The notes under the pieces: generated by a model
The model's database searches: none
What the model was told of the DNA's origin: nothing
What the model saw: the letters and a program-made list of their open reading frames with translations, nothing else
Part shown: positions 45,025 to 55,600 of the stretch, one piece after another
Numbering within the stretch: the first letter of the stretch is position 1
Layout: every line of letters begins with the position of its first letter
From: Thermoplasmata archaeon
Lineage (GTDB): Archaea > Thermoplasmatota > Thermoplasmata > Lutacidiplasmatales > UBA184
Length of the DNA: 64,000 bases
Assembly: GCA_027315455.1 (NCBI GenBank)
Contig: DAHUXZ010000005.1
Span: 15,409 to 79,408 of the forward strand
Direction: 5' to 3'
Position numbers and translations under genes: made by a program

Positions 45025-46536
45025 CTAGAGGAATCGGACCTCCGCCGGGAGCGCCCCGGCGTACGTGCGGAACGCCGCGGGCCAACCGTCGGGGTCGAGC
45101 CCCTTCTGCGCCAGGAAGGCCGTGAGCCAGCGCTCGAGGCCGATGCCGGAGCAGCCGGACCACAGCTCGCCCTTCTGCGCCCGAATGGTGAAGGCACGGG
45201 TGTACTTCTCGCCGACGATCGAGAGGTTCTGGAACTCGAGCCACTCGGAGCCCTCCCGGTCGCCCCGGTACGGCAGGTACGCCTCGAAATCGATCGTTCC
45301 CTTGATCCGCTCCTTCGCGTCCTCGACCCCGACCCCGCCGCTCTGCTGCAGGTAGAACGGCGTCACCCACGCCGTCCGCCACTCGAGCTCGAGGATGTCG
45401 TCGAAGACGTGCGCGTAGCGCTGAAGGAGCGCCTCCCGCAGCTCGAGCAGCTGCTCGGGCGTGCCGAGGTAGACCGGCTCGAGGCGATGGAACTCGTCCA
45501 CGCGCTCGAGGCCGTGACGGCCCCCGCTCTCGTAGCGGTTCGAGATCGCCGTCCCATCGAAGATCCTTAGCGGAAGGCTCTCGAGGCCGATCGTGCGCCC
45601 GCTCAGCCACCAGTAGATCGTGGGGCACTGGGCGTAGCAGGAGACGGCGCGCGGGGGAGAGACCAGGCGGGCGAGCTCCTCCTCCGGCACCCGGCGCGTG
45701 ATCTTGACGAGGTCCGTGAACGTCTCCCACGCCGCCGGGTCGCGCGTCTTGGGCTCGGTGACGTAGTAGAACTCCATCGGAAGCCCCTCGAGGTGGCCGG
45801 TCCGAAGGAGGATGTCGAAGGAGTCGTGGTGCGGCTGGACGACCTCGCTGAAGCCGAGGGGGTCGAGGACCTCCGCCCGGGCGATCCGCCCCATCGTCTT
45901 GAGCAGGTGCGCGGCGGTCGGGCCCAGGAACCACTTGCCCTTCGTCGGTCCGCTGCGGACCCAGTTGCGGGCGATCATCTCCTCGGTCGGGTCCCGATCG
46001 AAGCGCATCTCGCGGCGGGGGCTCGAGGAGAGGAGGGACCAGTACTGCTCCTTGCCCTCGTAGGCCTGCTTGCGGACCTTCTCCTGGACGAGGAGGACGG
46101 CCCGGTCCATCCAGTTGTCCCGCAACGCCTCCTCGGCGAGGTCCGTCAGCGTGAGGGTCGCCCGGGTCCCCTCGATGGTGAGCTGGTGAGGGATCGGCAG
46201 GGTGACCGGATGCTTCGGCGCGGAGTCGATGTCGAACGTGACCCGGTAGCGCGGCGCGCGGAAGGAGCGGACCCCGATCTTCTCGCTGCGACCGAGCTCC
46301 TCGGCCAGCCGCCGGGCCAGCGCCAGGAGGGCCTGGTGCGGCCGCGCCCCGGTCGACTCGAGGGTCAGCTCGACCCGGTCGCCCTCGACGCGGGCCTGCA
46401 CGAGCCGGCCTTCCCCGCGGGACCCGATGGTGCGCCGGAGCGCCTCGCCGGCGAGGTCGTTCAGGCGGGCGGTGAGCGCCGGCGGATCCTTCGCCGGGCC
46501 GCTCAGCGTGAGCTCGGCCTCGAGGGCGTGGTCCAT
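45025..46536 (-). CDS. serS: seryl-tRNA synthetase, type 2 (methanogen-type)
   Basis: 503 aa from ATG 46536. REMRFDRDPTEEM, CYAQCP, NRYESGGRHGLERVDEFHRLE, EWLEFQNLSI and ELWSGCSGIGLERWLTAFLAQKGLDPDGWP closely match the atypical SerRS of Methanosarcina barkeri and Methanococcales as I recall it. Confidence 0.85.
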   Translation of the reverse strand: MDHALEAELTLSGPAKDPPALTARLNDLAGEALRRTIGSRGEGRLVQARVEGDRVELTLESTGARPHQALLALARRLAEELGRSEKIGVRSFRAPRYRVTFDIDSAPKHPVTLPIPHQLTIEGTRATLTLTDLAEEALRDNWMDRAVLLVQEKVRKQAYEGKEQYWSLLSSSPRREMRFDRDPTEEMIARNWVRSGPTKGKWFLGPTAAHLLKTMGRIARAEVLDPLGFSEVVQPHHDSFDILLRTGHLEGLPMEFYYVTEPKTRDPAAWETFTDLVKITRRVPEEELARLVSPPRAVSCYAQCPTIYWWLSGRTIGLESLPLRIFDGTAISNRYESGGRHGLERVDEFHRLEPVYLGTPEQLLELREALLQRYAHVFDDILELEWRTAWVTPFYLQQSGGVGVEDAKERIKGTIDFEAYLPYRGDREGSEWLEFQNLSIVGEKYTRAFTIRAQKGELWSGCSGIGLERWLTAFLAQKGLDPDGWPAAFRTYAGALPAEVRFL

Positions 46537-46560
46537 CGGCCTCCGGAGCCAGGAAGCGCA

Positions 46561-46573
46561 CTTAATGCTATAC
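46561..46573 (-). promoter_or_regulatory. TATA-box-like element for serS
   Basis: The reverse strand reads cgtatagcattaag, ~30 nt upstream of ATG 46536. Confidence 0.4.
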
Positions 46574-46634
46574 GCAACGGCCCGAGGGGCCGCGGGGCGT
46601 GCGGGGGACCACGGTGCTCGTCGGTCCACGGTAG

Positions 46635-46643
46635 CCTTTTAGG
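46635..46643 (+). promoter_or_regulatory. TATA-box-like element for the aldehyde dehydrogenase gene
   Basis: ccttttagg lies ~35 nt upstream of GTG 46676. Confidence 0.4.
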
Positions 46644-46675
46644 TCCGCCGGTCCCACGGAGACCGAGGGGTTCTC

Positions 46676-48166
46676 GTGTCGGCGCAGGAGGAGCGTTTCG
46701 GGCTGTTCATCGATGGGAAGTGGGAGGAGCCGTCCGGCGCGGCGCGCTTCTCCACCCGCAATCCGGCGAACGGGGAATCGCTGGGTTCGTTCGTTGCCGC
46801 GACGCCCGCGGACGCGGCCCGGGCGATCGGGGCGGCGGCCCGGGCGTTCCCCGGCTGGAAGGAGACGCCCGCCCCGAAGCGCGGAGAGATCCTCCTTCGC
46901 GTCGGGCAGGAGCTGAAACGCCGCAAGGAGGAGGTCGGACGCATCGTCACCCGCGAGATGGGCAAGGTGATCTCCGAGGGGCGCGGGGACGTCCAGGAGG
47001 CCATCGACTTCATCGAGTACATGGCCGGGGAGGGCCGTCGCCTCGCGGGCGAGACGATCCCATCGGAGCTGCACGCGAAGTTCTGTCTCACCGTCCGCCA
47101 GCCCAAGGGGGTCGTGGCGGCGATCACCCCCTGGAACTTCCCGACGGCGATCCCGAACTGGAAGATCGCCGCCGCCCTGATCTCGGGCAACACCGTGGTC
47201 TTCAAGCCCGCCTCGGCGACCTCCCGGTGCGCCGTCGAGGTCGTCCGCACCTACGAGGCGGCCGGGCTCCCGCCCGGCGTGCTCAATCTCGTGACGGGCG
47301 CCGGGGGGGTCGTCGGCAACGCGCTCATCGAGGACCCCCGCGTCCGCGCGATCTCGTTCACCGGCGGGGTGGAGACCGGCCGCGAGGTCTACGTCCGCGG
47401 GGCCAAGGCGCTCAAGATGGTCCATCTCGAGCTGGGGGGGAAGAACCCGCAGATCGTCATGGACGACGCGGACCTCGACCTCGCCCTCGAGGGGATCCTC
47501 TTCGGGGCGTTCGGCACGGCCGGCCAGCGCTGCACGGCGACCAGCCGCCTCATCCTCCACGAGAAGGTCTACGACGAGTTCCTCCGCCGCCTCAACGAGC
47601 GGCTGGACCGCTTCACCATCGGCGACCCGCTCGACCCGGCCGTCGACATGGGGCCCGTCGCCTCGGCGGACCAGGAGAAGAAGGTCCTCGGCTACGTCGC
47701 GATCGGCCAGGCCGAGGGGGCGACCCTCCTTCGGGGGGGGCGGAAGCTGACGGGCGGGGCGTACGACCGCGGCTACTTCATCGAGCCCACGATCTTCGCG
47801 ACCCGCCACGGGACCCGGATCTCCACGGAGGAGATCTTCGGCCCGATCCTCTCGGTCCTCCGGGTCGGCAGCTACGACGAGGCGGTCCGGGTGGCGAACG
47901 ACGTGAGCTACGGGCTCTCGAGCTCGATCTACACCCGGGACGTGAACCGCGCGTTCCGTGCCGTCCAGGACCTCGAAGCGGGCATCACCTACATCAACGC
48001 CCCCACGATCGGGGCCGAGGTGCAGCTGCCGTTCGGCGGCATCAAGAACACGGGCAACGGGGGGCGGGAGGCCGGCTCGGCGGCGATCGAGGAGTTCACC
48101 GAGATCAAGACGGTCTTCGTGGACTTCTCCGGCCACCTCCAGAAGGCCCAGATCGACCCCCGGTAG
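46676..48166 (+). CDS. NAD(P)+-dependent aldehyde dehydrogenase
   Basis: 496 aa. [23 protein letters not shown], catalytic Cys in GQRCTA, EEIFGPI. Confidence 0.92.
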   Translation: MSAQEERFGLFIDGKWEEPSGAARFSTRNPANGESLGSFVAATPADAARAIGAAARAFPGWKETPAPKRGEILLRVGQELKRRKEEVGRIVTREMGKVISEGRGDVQEAIDFIEYMAGEGRRLAGETIPSELHAKFCLTVRQPKGVVAAITPWNFPTAIPNWKIAAALISGNTVVFKPASATSRCAVEVVRTYEAAGLPPGVLNLVTGAGGVVGNALIEDPRVRAISFTGGVETGREVYVRGAKALKMVHLELGGKNPQIVMDDADLDLALEGILFGAFGTAGQRCTATSRLILHEKVYDEFLRRLNERLDRFTIGDPLDPAVDMGPVASADQEKKVLGYVAIGQAEGATLLRGGRKLTGGAYDRGYFIEPTIFATRHGTRISTEEIFGPILSVLRVGSYDEAVRVANDVSYGLSSSIYTRDVNRAFRAVQDLEAGITYINAPTIGAEVQLPFGGIKNTGNGGREAGSAAIEEFTEIKTVFVDFSGHLQKAQIDPR

Positions 48167-48169
48167 GCG

Positions 48170-48382
48170 ATGGGCGGGTTCCGCGGCTCCGACGAGACGC
48201 TCGACCGGGAGATCGCGACCGTCGAGGCGATCGCCCGCCTGCGGCTCCGCCGGGTCGCGAGGGAGCTCCGGCAGCTCGACCGCGAGCTGCGCGAGCTCAA
48301 GCGCGAGCGGGCCCGGCGCCGGGCCCGGGCGGACGACCCCGTCGGCGAGGGGACGGCGGTGCCCAGCGAGGCGCGGGCGTAG
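48170..48382 (+). CDS. small coiled-coil protein (possible)
   Basis: 70 aa. RLRLRRVARELRQLDRELRELKRERARRRA. It starts 4 nt after the ALDH stop. Composition is low-complexity, so it is doubtful. Confidence 0.3.
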   Translation: MGGFRGSDETLDREIATVEAIARLRLRRVARELRQLDRELRELKRERARRRARADDPVGEGTAVPSEARA

Positions 48383-48390
48383 GCGCCCGC

Positions 48391-49887
48391 CTAGTACGAC
48401 GGCCCGGTCCGGTTCGGGTTGTCGAAGTTGGTGAGCAGCGTCTGGTTGCGGGGGCGGGGCCGCCCGAGCGGAGCGAGGAGCGGGTCGTCCTCGAGCGCGG
48501 GCATCGTCTCCGAGACCGGAACGTCGACGACGATCTCGCGCGTGCGCCCGCCGCGACCGCGCGAGACGATCGTGGCCCGGATGAGACCGAGGTTCTCGAG
48601 CTCGGAGAGATAGTTCGAGATGCTTCGCGTGTGCAGCGGCTGAAGGCCGAGGCGCTGGGAAAGGCGGGTGTAGCCTTCGTAGACCTCTCCGGTGAGCACG
48701 CCGCCCCGCCGCCGCTCGTACTGCTGGAGGATCGCGTAGAGGAGGACCTTGCAGTGGGGGGGAAGCGTGCGACAGCACTCGACGATGATGTCCTGCTCCA
48801 GGCGGCTCTTCGCCTTGACGACGTGGTCGGCGGTGATCCGCTTGGCGTGGTCGCGCTCGGCCATCTCCGCCGAGAGGCGCAACAGGGCGAGCGCCCGGCG
48901 GGCGTCCCCGTTCTCGAGGGCGGCGTACGCCGCGCACCGCTCGATGACGCCCGCGTCGACGACGCCCTCGTGGAACACCTCCTTCGCCCGGTCCCGGAGG
49001 ATGTCCTGGAGCTGGACCGCGTCGTACGGGGGGAAGACGACCTTCTCCTCGCTGAGCCGGCTCTTGACGCGGGCATCGAGGTTGTTGGTGAACTTGAGGT
49101 CGTTCGAGATGCCGAGGATGACGAGACGGGCATCGGTGAACTCGTGGTTGAGCTCGCAGAGCGTGTAGAGGACCCCATCGCCGCTCTTCGCGACCAGGCG
49201 GTCGATCTCGTCCAGGATGAGGATCTGGGTGCCGCCCTTCTGGTCCATGAGCTGGCGCATCGTCGTCTGGACGGCCGTGAGCGACCAACCGGTGGGGATC
49301 CGTTCCGCCTCGGTCCGCGCGAGGGTGTTGCCGATCGTCTGGAGCAGGCTGTAGGGGGTGTCGATGTTGGCGCAGTTGATCGAGACGAACGTGATGTGCG
49401 CGCTCAGCTCCGTGCGGCGCGCCATCTCGAGCCGGACCTGGGCGACGACGGCGGTCTTCCCCGTTCCGATCTTTCCGTAGATGAGCAGGTTCGAGGGCAC
49501 ATCGCCGCGCAGGGCGGGCGCGAGGACCTTGGCGACCTCCTCGATCTGGTGCTCCCGATGCGGCAGGCGGGAGGGGATGTACGACTCCCGGAGGACCTCA
49601 CGGGGGCCCTTGAAGAGCGCCGTCGGTCGCTCGAGGAGCGCATCGAAGACATCCCGGGCCGGGCTCGAGGAGGGCAGTGGGCCTCCGCCGCTCGTCCCCG
49701 CCGGGGAGGGGGGGTTCGCCGCGGCCAGCGGAACCGGAGGAGCCCCGTCGCGTCCCCCCGGCCCGGCGTTCGCGGGCTCTAGATCCGGCAGGCCGGCGGG
49801 AAGGGGGGGCGGCGTGCCGTCGGGAGATTCCTCCACTGATTGACACCTACCCGGGCCTCGGGCAGGGTTCGCAGGGCCGAGTCCCAT
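48391..49887 (-). CDS. orc1: Orc1/Cdc6 replication initiator with Pro-rich N-terminal extension
   Basis: Walker A YGKIGTGKTA, Walker B ILILDEIDRL, C-terminal winged helix (RSISNYLSELENLGLI). About 70-85 aa of Pro/Gly/Ala-rich sequence precede the family-typical start (LFKGPREVLRESYIPSRLPHRE). An alternative GTG start lies at 49836. Confidence 0.9.
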   Translation of the reverse strand: MGLGPANPARGPGRCQSVEESPDGTPPPLPAGLPDLEPANAGPGGRDGAPPVPLAAANPPSPAGTSGGGPLPSSSPARDVFDALLERPTALFKGPREVLRESYIPSRLPHREHQIEEVAKVLAPALRGDVPSNLLIYGKIGTGKTAVVAQVRLEMARRTELSAHITFVSINCANIDTPYSLLQTIGNTLARTEAERIPTGWSLTAVQTTMRQLMDQKGGTQILILDEIDRLVAKSGDGVLYTLCELNHEFTDARLVILGISNDLKFTNNLDARVKSRLSEEKVVFPPYDAVQLQDILRDRAKEVFHEGVVDAGVIERCAAYAALENGDARRALALLRLSAEMAERDHAKRITADHVVKAKSRLEQDIIVECCRTLPPHCKVLLYAILQQYERRRGGVLTGEVYEGYTRLSQRLGLQPLHTRSISNYLSELENLGLIRATIVSRGRGGRTREIVVDVPVSETMPALEDDPLLAPLGRPRPRNQTLLTNFDNPNRTGPSY

Positions 49888-50014
49888 ATCTATCTTTTGT
49901 CACGGCCAAGGCATGTCGCGTCGCGTCGGCGGCCGACGACGCCCTCCGCGGCTCCGTCCTCGCCGAAAGCGGGCCCGGGCGCCCTTTTTACGCCTGCGCG
50001 GCGTCCTCGGAGCG

Positions 50015-52654
50015 ATGCGACCGACCGCTCGGGGCCTTCCCGCGGTCTCCCTTCTCGCGGTGGCCGTCGCCGTCCTCGTCGGCCTCGCCGGCCTTCCGGG
50101 GGTGCCGAGGGGGGCGGCGACGCTCCCCTCTGCCGCCGGGTCGACCCCCTCGCCCTTCGCGGCGGCCGCGCCGGCCGGCGGGCCCCCGGTGGCCGTTCCG
50201 GGCGACGTGGGAGCGGCCCTGGCGCGCGTTTCCGTCCGGGCGATGGCGGCCGCGGGCCCGCGCAACGTCCTCGTCGACGCGCCGTGCAACACCTCGGGGA
50301 ACGCCGAGGTCGAGCAGGCCTACGACCGGGCCCTCGACTACCTCTACGAAGCGTGGATCGGCTGCGGCGGCATCGGGTTCGCGCGGTCGACGGACGGCGG
50401 CTTCTCGTTCCAGCCGGCCGTCACCGTCCCCGGCAGCCGGCCGGTGAACGGCTCGAGCTGGGACCCGGCCATCGCCCTCGCCCCGAACGGAACCGTCTAC
50501 GTCGCCTTCATGGCCGCGACGGTGGACGGGGACACCCCGGTGGTCGCCTGGTCCTGGGACCACGGCGCCTCGTTCGCGGGCTGGGCGAACGCCTCCGTCC
50601 CCACGCTCGCCGAGTTCTCCGACCGCGACTTCATCGCCGTCGCCCCGAACGGCACCATCGACCTCACCTGGGACTACTCGCCCAACGCCTCCCTCGACTA
50701 CATCGGCTGCGCCAGCGGGGGGAGCTGCTTCTTCCTCGCCGGGGACTACAACGTCGTCTTCACCCGTTCCACGGATGGGGGACGGACCTGGAGCGCCCCG
50801 GTCCCCATCGATCCCGAGTACCCGAACGGCGGTGCGGTGGCGGCGCCGATCCTCGTCACGGCGAACGGGACGATCGATGTCCTCTACGAGGACTACAACG
50901 TGAGCGGACCGGCCCACCTCCTCGGGAACGGCACCAACTACTTCTCGCGGTCCACCGACGGCGGCTCGACCTGGAGCCCGCCGGTGCCGGTCTCCAACAC
51001 CACGTTCCCAGCGACCGTCTGGTGGATCGACGGCGACCTCGCGGAGGATGCGGGGGGTACGCTCTACGCGACCTACGACAGCCTCTCGGGCGGGACGGAC
51101 ACGGCCTACGTTACGACCTCCGCGGACGGCGGGACGACGTGGGCCGTGCCGACCCGGATCAATCCGGACGTCGACGCCGCCGCCCACGCGCTCGTCGGGG
51201 TCGCGGGGGGCGCGGCCGGGACGGCGTACCTCGCCTGGATGGCGAACAACTCCTCGCGCGGATGGTCGGCGTTCGAAGCCCCGCTCACGGTCACGTCGAA
51301 CGGGACGAGCCTCGGACCGATCTCACGCGTCTCGTCCCTCTACGGTATCCCCGGCGACTGGGTCGGCGACACCCTGGGCGTCTCGTGGCTCGGCGGCAAC
51401 GCCTCGGCCGTGAGCTGGTCGTACGGCGTCGACCTCAACGGGACGAACGCCTCCCAGGTCTACGCGGCGGTCCTCGGTATCGCCCCGCCGGGGGTGGCGA
51501 CGAGCCTCGGTGCGGTCCCCGGCCCCGCCCGCCTGACCCTCGACTGGATCGCCCCCACCGGGGCCGCCGCGCCCACGGGCTACCGCATCGCCTGGTCGAT
51601 CGAGGGACTTCCGGCGGCCGAGGAGGACGTGGGGCCGACCCCCACCTCCGCCGATATCGTGGGCCTCATCGCCGGGGCCCGCTACGAGTTCACCGTGACC
51701 GCGTTCGACGCCGGGGGCCTCGGGAGCCCGAGCGCGCCGCTCAACGTCACGCTCACCGCCTGGGAGGTCGTGGTCGGGACGGTCGTCCCGGCCTCGGCGA
51801 CGGTCACGATCGACAGCGTCCCCGTCCCGGTCGTCGCCGGAACGTTCGATGTGAACACGACCTACGCCGCCCACCTCCTCCTCGCGTCGGCCCGGAACTA
51901 CGCGCCGCAGATGGAGGCCCTCGCGACCGTCTGGAACGGGACCGAGATGGTCTCCCTGGCCCTCTCCCTCCTCGGCGGAGCGGTGCGGGGCACCGTATTC
52001 CCTGCCCCGAGCACCGTCACCTTCGACGGGGCGGTGGTCGCCGTGATCGGGGGCGACTTTGCGGTGAGCGCCCCGGGCGACACGCTGCACACGCTCGCGG
52101 CGAGCTACCCGGGCTTCGCCCCCCTCGCCCGGAACGTGACGGTGCCGGCGAACGCGACCGTCTGGGTCAACCTCACCTTGACCCCGCTCGACGCCCACCT
52201 CGACCTCGCCGTCGCCCCGTCGAACGCCTCGGTCTCGGTCAACGGGAGTGCCGCGGCGTTCGCCCGGGATGGCTGGGTCAACCTCTCCCTCGCCCCGGGC
52301 ACCTACCCGATCGAGGTATCGGCGCCCGCGTTCGACCCCTACTTCGCGAACCTTACGCTCCTCCCGGGGAGCTGGCGCAACCTCACCGTGGCGCTCGTGC
52401 CGGCGTCGAACTCGACGACGGGCCCGCTGCCGGGCGCGCGCGGATCGTCCGGGCCGGATCTCCTTCTAGACCCATGGGTCCTCCTCGGGATCGGGGCCGC
52501 GGCGCTCGCCGTTGCGGCCCTTGCGCTGTGGGCCCGCCGCCGGCCGCCCACGTATCGCGACGGGTCGGCGGAGGACGCGGCGGGGGCGGACGAACCGCTC
52601 GGGGACCCGCCGATGGCCGCGTTGCCCAGAGAGCGGGCCGACGGTCCTAGGTAA
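50015..52654 (+). CDS. surface-anchored BNR/Asp-box beta-propeller protein with FN3-like and Ig/PEGA-like domains
   Basis: 879 aa from ATG 50015. Signal peptide MRPTARGLPAVSLLAVAVAVLVGLAG. Four S-x-D-G-G-x-(T/S)-(W/F) boxes (ARSTDGGFSF, TRSTDGGRTW, SRSTDGGSTW, TSADGGTTW; ~50380-51150). FN3-like LTLDWIAPTGAAAPTGYRIAW. A C-terminal TM helix is followed by RRR. Confidence 0.8.
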   Translation: MRPTARGLPAVSLLAVAVAVLVGLAGLPGVPRGAATLPSAAGSTPSPFAAAAPAGGPPVAVPGDVGAALARVSVRAMAAAGPRNVLVDAPCNTSGNAEVEQAYDRALDYLYEAWIGCGGIGFARSTDGGFSFQPAVTVPGSRPVNGSSWDPAIALAPNGTVYVAFMAATVDGDTPVVAWSWDHGASFAGWANASVPTLAEFSDRDFIAVAPNGTIDLTWDYSPNASLDYIGCASGGSCFFLAGDYNVVFTRSTDGGRTWSAPVPIDPEYPNGGAVAAPILVTANGTIDVLYEDYNVSGPAHLLGNGTNYFSRSTDGGSTWSPPVPVSNTTFPATVWWIDGDLAEDAGGTLYATYDSLSGGTDTAYVTTSADGGTTWAVPTRINPDVDAAAHALVGVAGGAAGTAYLAWMANNSSRGWSAFEAPLTVTSNGTSLGPISRVSSLYGIPGDWVGDTLGVSWLGGNASAVSWSYGVDLNGTNASQVYAAVLGIAPPGVATSLGAVPGPARLTLDWIAPTGAAAPTGYRIAWSIEGLPAAEEDVGPTPTSADIVGLIAGARYEFTVTAFDAGGLGSPSAPLNVTLTAWEVVVGTVVPASATVTIDSVPVPVVAGTFDVNTTYAAHLLLASARNYAPQMEALATVWNGTEMVSLALSLLGGAVRGTVFPAPSTVTFDGAVVAVIGGDFAVSAPGDTLHTLAASYPGFAPLARNVTVPANATVWVNLTLTPLDAHLDLAVAPSNASVSVNGSAAAFARDGWVNLSLAPGTYPIEVSAPAFDPYFANLTLLPGSWRNLTVALVPASNSTTGPLPGARGSSGPDLLLDPWVLLGIGAAALAVAALALWARRRPPTYRDGSAEDAAGADEPLGDPPMAALPRERADGPR

Positions 52655-55600
52655 GGGAGACCTCGCCGTCCTCGGGCTCCGGCTCGGCCGGCGGGAGCCG
52701 CCGGCCCCGCCCGGCCAGGTAGACGACGGCGATGAGAAGGAGCGCGGCGGCGACGGCGAGCGCGGCGACGAGGGCGAGGGCGACCGGGCTCAACGAGCCG
52801 CCGCCGCCCCCGCCCCCCGACGGCGCCGGCGCGACAGTGAGCCGGTACGTCGCGTTCCCCGCCCGGCCCGCGGGGTCCGTCGCCGTCACGTTGACCGAGT
52901 ACTGCCCCGCCGCGCCGAAGGCGTGGTCGACCCGCGCGCCGCGGGCGACGCTGCCGTCGCCGAACGACCAGAGGAACGTCGACGGGCCGCTCCCGCCGAA
53001 CGCCACGGCCGTGAAGACGAACGAGCCGCTCCCGTTCGCCCCGGGGTAGACCGAGATGAGAACCGTCGGGTCCTGGAAGACCTCGACGGCGACGACGGTG
53101 ACGTTGACCCCCCCGGTCGTGTTGTCGGTGACGGTGAGGACGGCGGTGTAGGCGCCGGGGCCGGGGTAGGTGTGGGCCGGGAGGGGGCCGGTCCCCGTCG
53201 TGCCGTCGCCGAACGCCCAGGCGTACGTGTACGACCCCGAGCCGCCCGAGGCGCTCGCCTCGAAGTCGACGGCGGCGCCGGCGTACGTCGGCGCGTTGAG
53301 GATCAGCACCGAGACCGACGGCGGAGAGCCGGCGGAGACGTAGACCGTCGTCGTCTGGATCGCCGTCGTGTAGAACGCATCGAACAGGTGCAGGACGACG
53401 ACGAACGTCCCCGGGCCGGGGAAGGTGTAGGTCGCGTTGAGGTAGATCGTCCCGTTGAGGAGCGTCACGCGCGCCGGGACGAGCGTAAAGCCCGGGAACG
53501 AATAGAGCGCGCTCTCCACCGTGTCGTTCGTTCCCGAGGTCGCCTGCGCGCTGAACGAGTCGTTGAAGGGCGCGGGGCCCCCCGCGACGGCGGCGATCGA
53601 ACCCAGCACGAGCGGCGCCGGCGTCGCTGAGAGCGGCGCCGAGGCCGAGGGCAACTGGCCGGCCCCTTGGGCGTCCCAGGCGACGACGTCGGCGTAGAGC
53701 GTGACCCCGTTCGGGACCGCGAGATACAGGGAGAGCGCCGTGGTGTTCCAGGACGAAAGGCCGAGGGCGGAGGCGTTCGCGGGGCCGGCGGCGGTGAGGA
53801 TCTCGCGCGAGGCGTTCGTCTCGGTGAAGAAGACGGTGTAGCGGACGACCGGCCCGGCGGGGGAAGCCGGCGGCGACCAGGAAACGTTCACCGCGCCGTC
53901 CCCGGCCGAGGCGAACGCCGTTACGCCGAGCGGGGTCGCCCAGATGGGAAGGAGGAGCGCGGGCGCCGCGACGGTCTCCCCGGCGGCGTCGGTCACCGTC
54001 AGGGCGACCCGGGCGTCGCCGAAGTAATCGCCGTAGGCGTGCGCCGCCGTGAAGTTGAGCGCGCTCGCGTTGGAGGCGGAGGCGTTGCCGTCGCCGAAGT
54101 CGATGCGGAACGCGTACGGCGCCGACCCCCCGGCCGCGGACGCGGAGAACGCGACCGCCCCCCCGCCCTGCCAGAGCGGTCCCCCGGGAACGGCGCTGAG
54201 GCCCGCCGAGAAGGCCGCGAGGGTCGCGGCGCCGGTGACCGTGGTCGCGTTCGAGGTCCGGTTCGCCGCGTTCCGGGCGGTGACGCGGAGCGTGTAGGCG
54301 ACCCCGGGGGAAAGGCCCGAGAGGGTGACGGTCGTCGCGTTGCCGAAGGTGAAGTCGACGGCGGTTCCCCCCGCGACGGGCACGGCGCTCACGTTGACGC
54401 CGACGATGGCGGGGCTCGGCTCGCTCACGTTGAGGCGGTAGCCCAAGGCGAGGGGGACGACGGCCCCGGAGCCGACCGTCGGCGCCGCCGGGGCGCCGAG
54501 GGGGCAGCTTCCCGCACCGCCTAAGTAGGCGAGCGCCACGGTGGCCGGCGCGCTCGTCGTTCCGGCCGCCGACGCCGCACGGACCCAGACCGGGTAGGTC
54601 CCGGGGGAGGCGGGGAGGGGGAGGTCCGCGGTCCAGGTCCCGTCCACGGTCGAGTTCCCCGTCCCCCCGGCGAGGGACGCCGCGGCGTACTGGACCGTGG
54701 GGGTCGCGCTCCCCAGACAGTAGAGCCCGGCCGCCTCGACGCCCGCGAGCCCGATCGGGTCGCTCGCCCGGAGCGTGAGAACGATCGCGGAGGCGTTGGC
54801 CGCGGCGCGGACCCCGGCGAGGACCGTCGGGTCGAACTGCCGCAGCGGGCCCGAACCGTTCGGGTACTGCACCGCGGCGCTGCCGAACGCTCCCGCGCTG
54901 AAGGTGCCGCCGAAGCCGAAGGCCGCCGCGCCCCCGGCGGCGTTCACGCCGAAGAGAGGATACGCCCCGTCGCCGCCGTAGCTGCCCGCGTCGGCGCAGG
55001 CGGCCGGGCCGGTACGGCAGGCCCCCGAGCTCGAGGCGGTCGCGGCTCGGGCGTAGGCGCCGCTGTAGGAGCGGAAGGCGGGGACGAAATAGGAGAACGC
55101 CCCGACGATCGGACCGTCGACCGCGTCGAGGCCCGGGGCGCTGTAGGAGTTGCAGGTCGTCGGGCCGTCCCGTCCGTACGTCGACGGGCACGGCTCGATC
55201 GCAAGGGCGATAGCCCCGTGGTCCCCCCAGCCCGTCTGCGCCGCCGTGGAGGCTTTGAACGCGGGCCGGAGCGACCGGCCGTCGAACGTCGCCGAGGGCC
55301 CGAGGCTCACCGCGAGGCTCGCCGAGGGGGTCGTCGAGTCGTTGAGATAGACGGTCATCGCCCCCGGCCCCTGAGGGCTGCCCACGAGGGTGAGGGTGAG
55401 GGCATCCCCCGGGCGCAGGTCGGAGACGGAGGGGCCGGCGGTGTCACCGACCCCGGCGACGACGACGTCGTCCTCGCAGAACCGCTCCATCAGGACGCTC
55501 ACCGTCGCGCTCGCGTTCTGGCAGGACGGGTCGCACGACCCCGCGGGGACGAGGTCCCAGGCCGGGGTCCAGAGCGTCCAGTTGGGCGAGGGAACGGGCG

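Noticed and set aside
45793-49782. 1329-aa ORF on the + strand, plus 46568..49288 (-, 906 aa) and several other very long ORFs in the track: 851..2173, 1345..2643, 8734..10869, 10870..12714, 15641..17089, 39262..41412, 52339..55191, 56257..58260, 61089..62960
   Set aside because: Each lies antisense to, or out of frame with, a gene that has clear family signatures (SerRS, ALDH, Orc1, citrate synthase, DnaJ, KdpB, surface proteins). Their translations are dominated by Arg/Gly/Pro/Asp/Glu runs, typical of stop-codon-poor off-frames in ~75% G+C DNA.
49888-50014. Replication origin immediately upstream of orc1
   Set aside because: Only ~125 bp is available if the annotated starts are right. I found a single ORB-like half motif and no inverted mini-ORB pairs or extended A/T-rich unwinding element. 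It is reported only as a low-interest item to test, not annotated as an origin.
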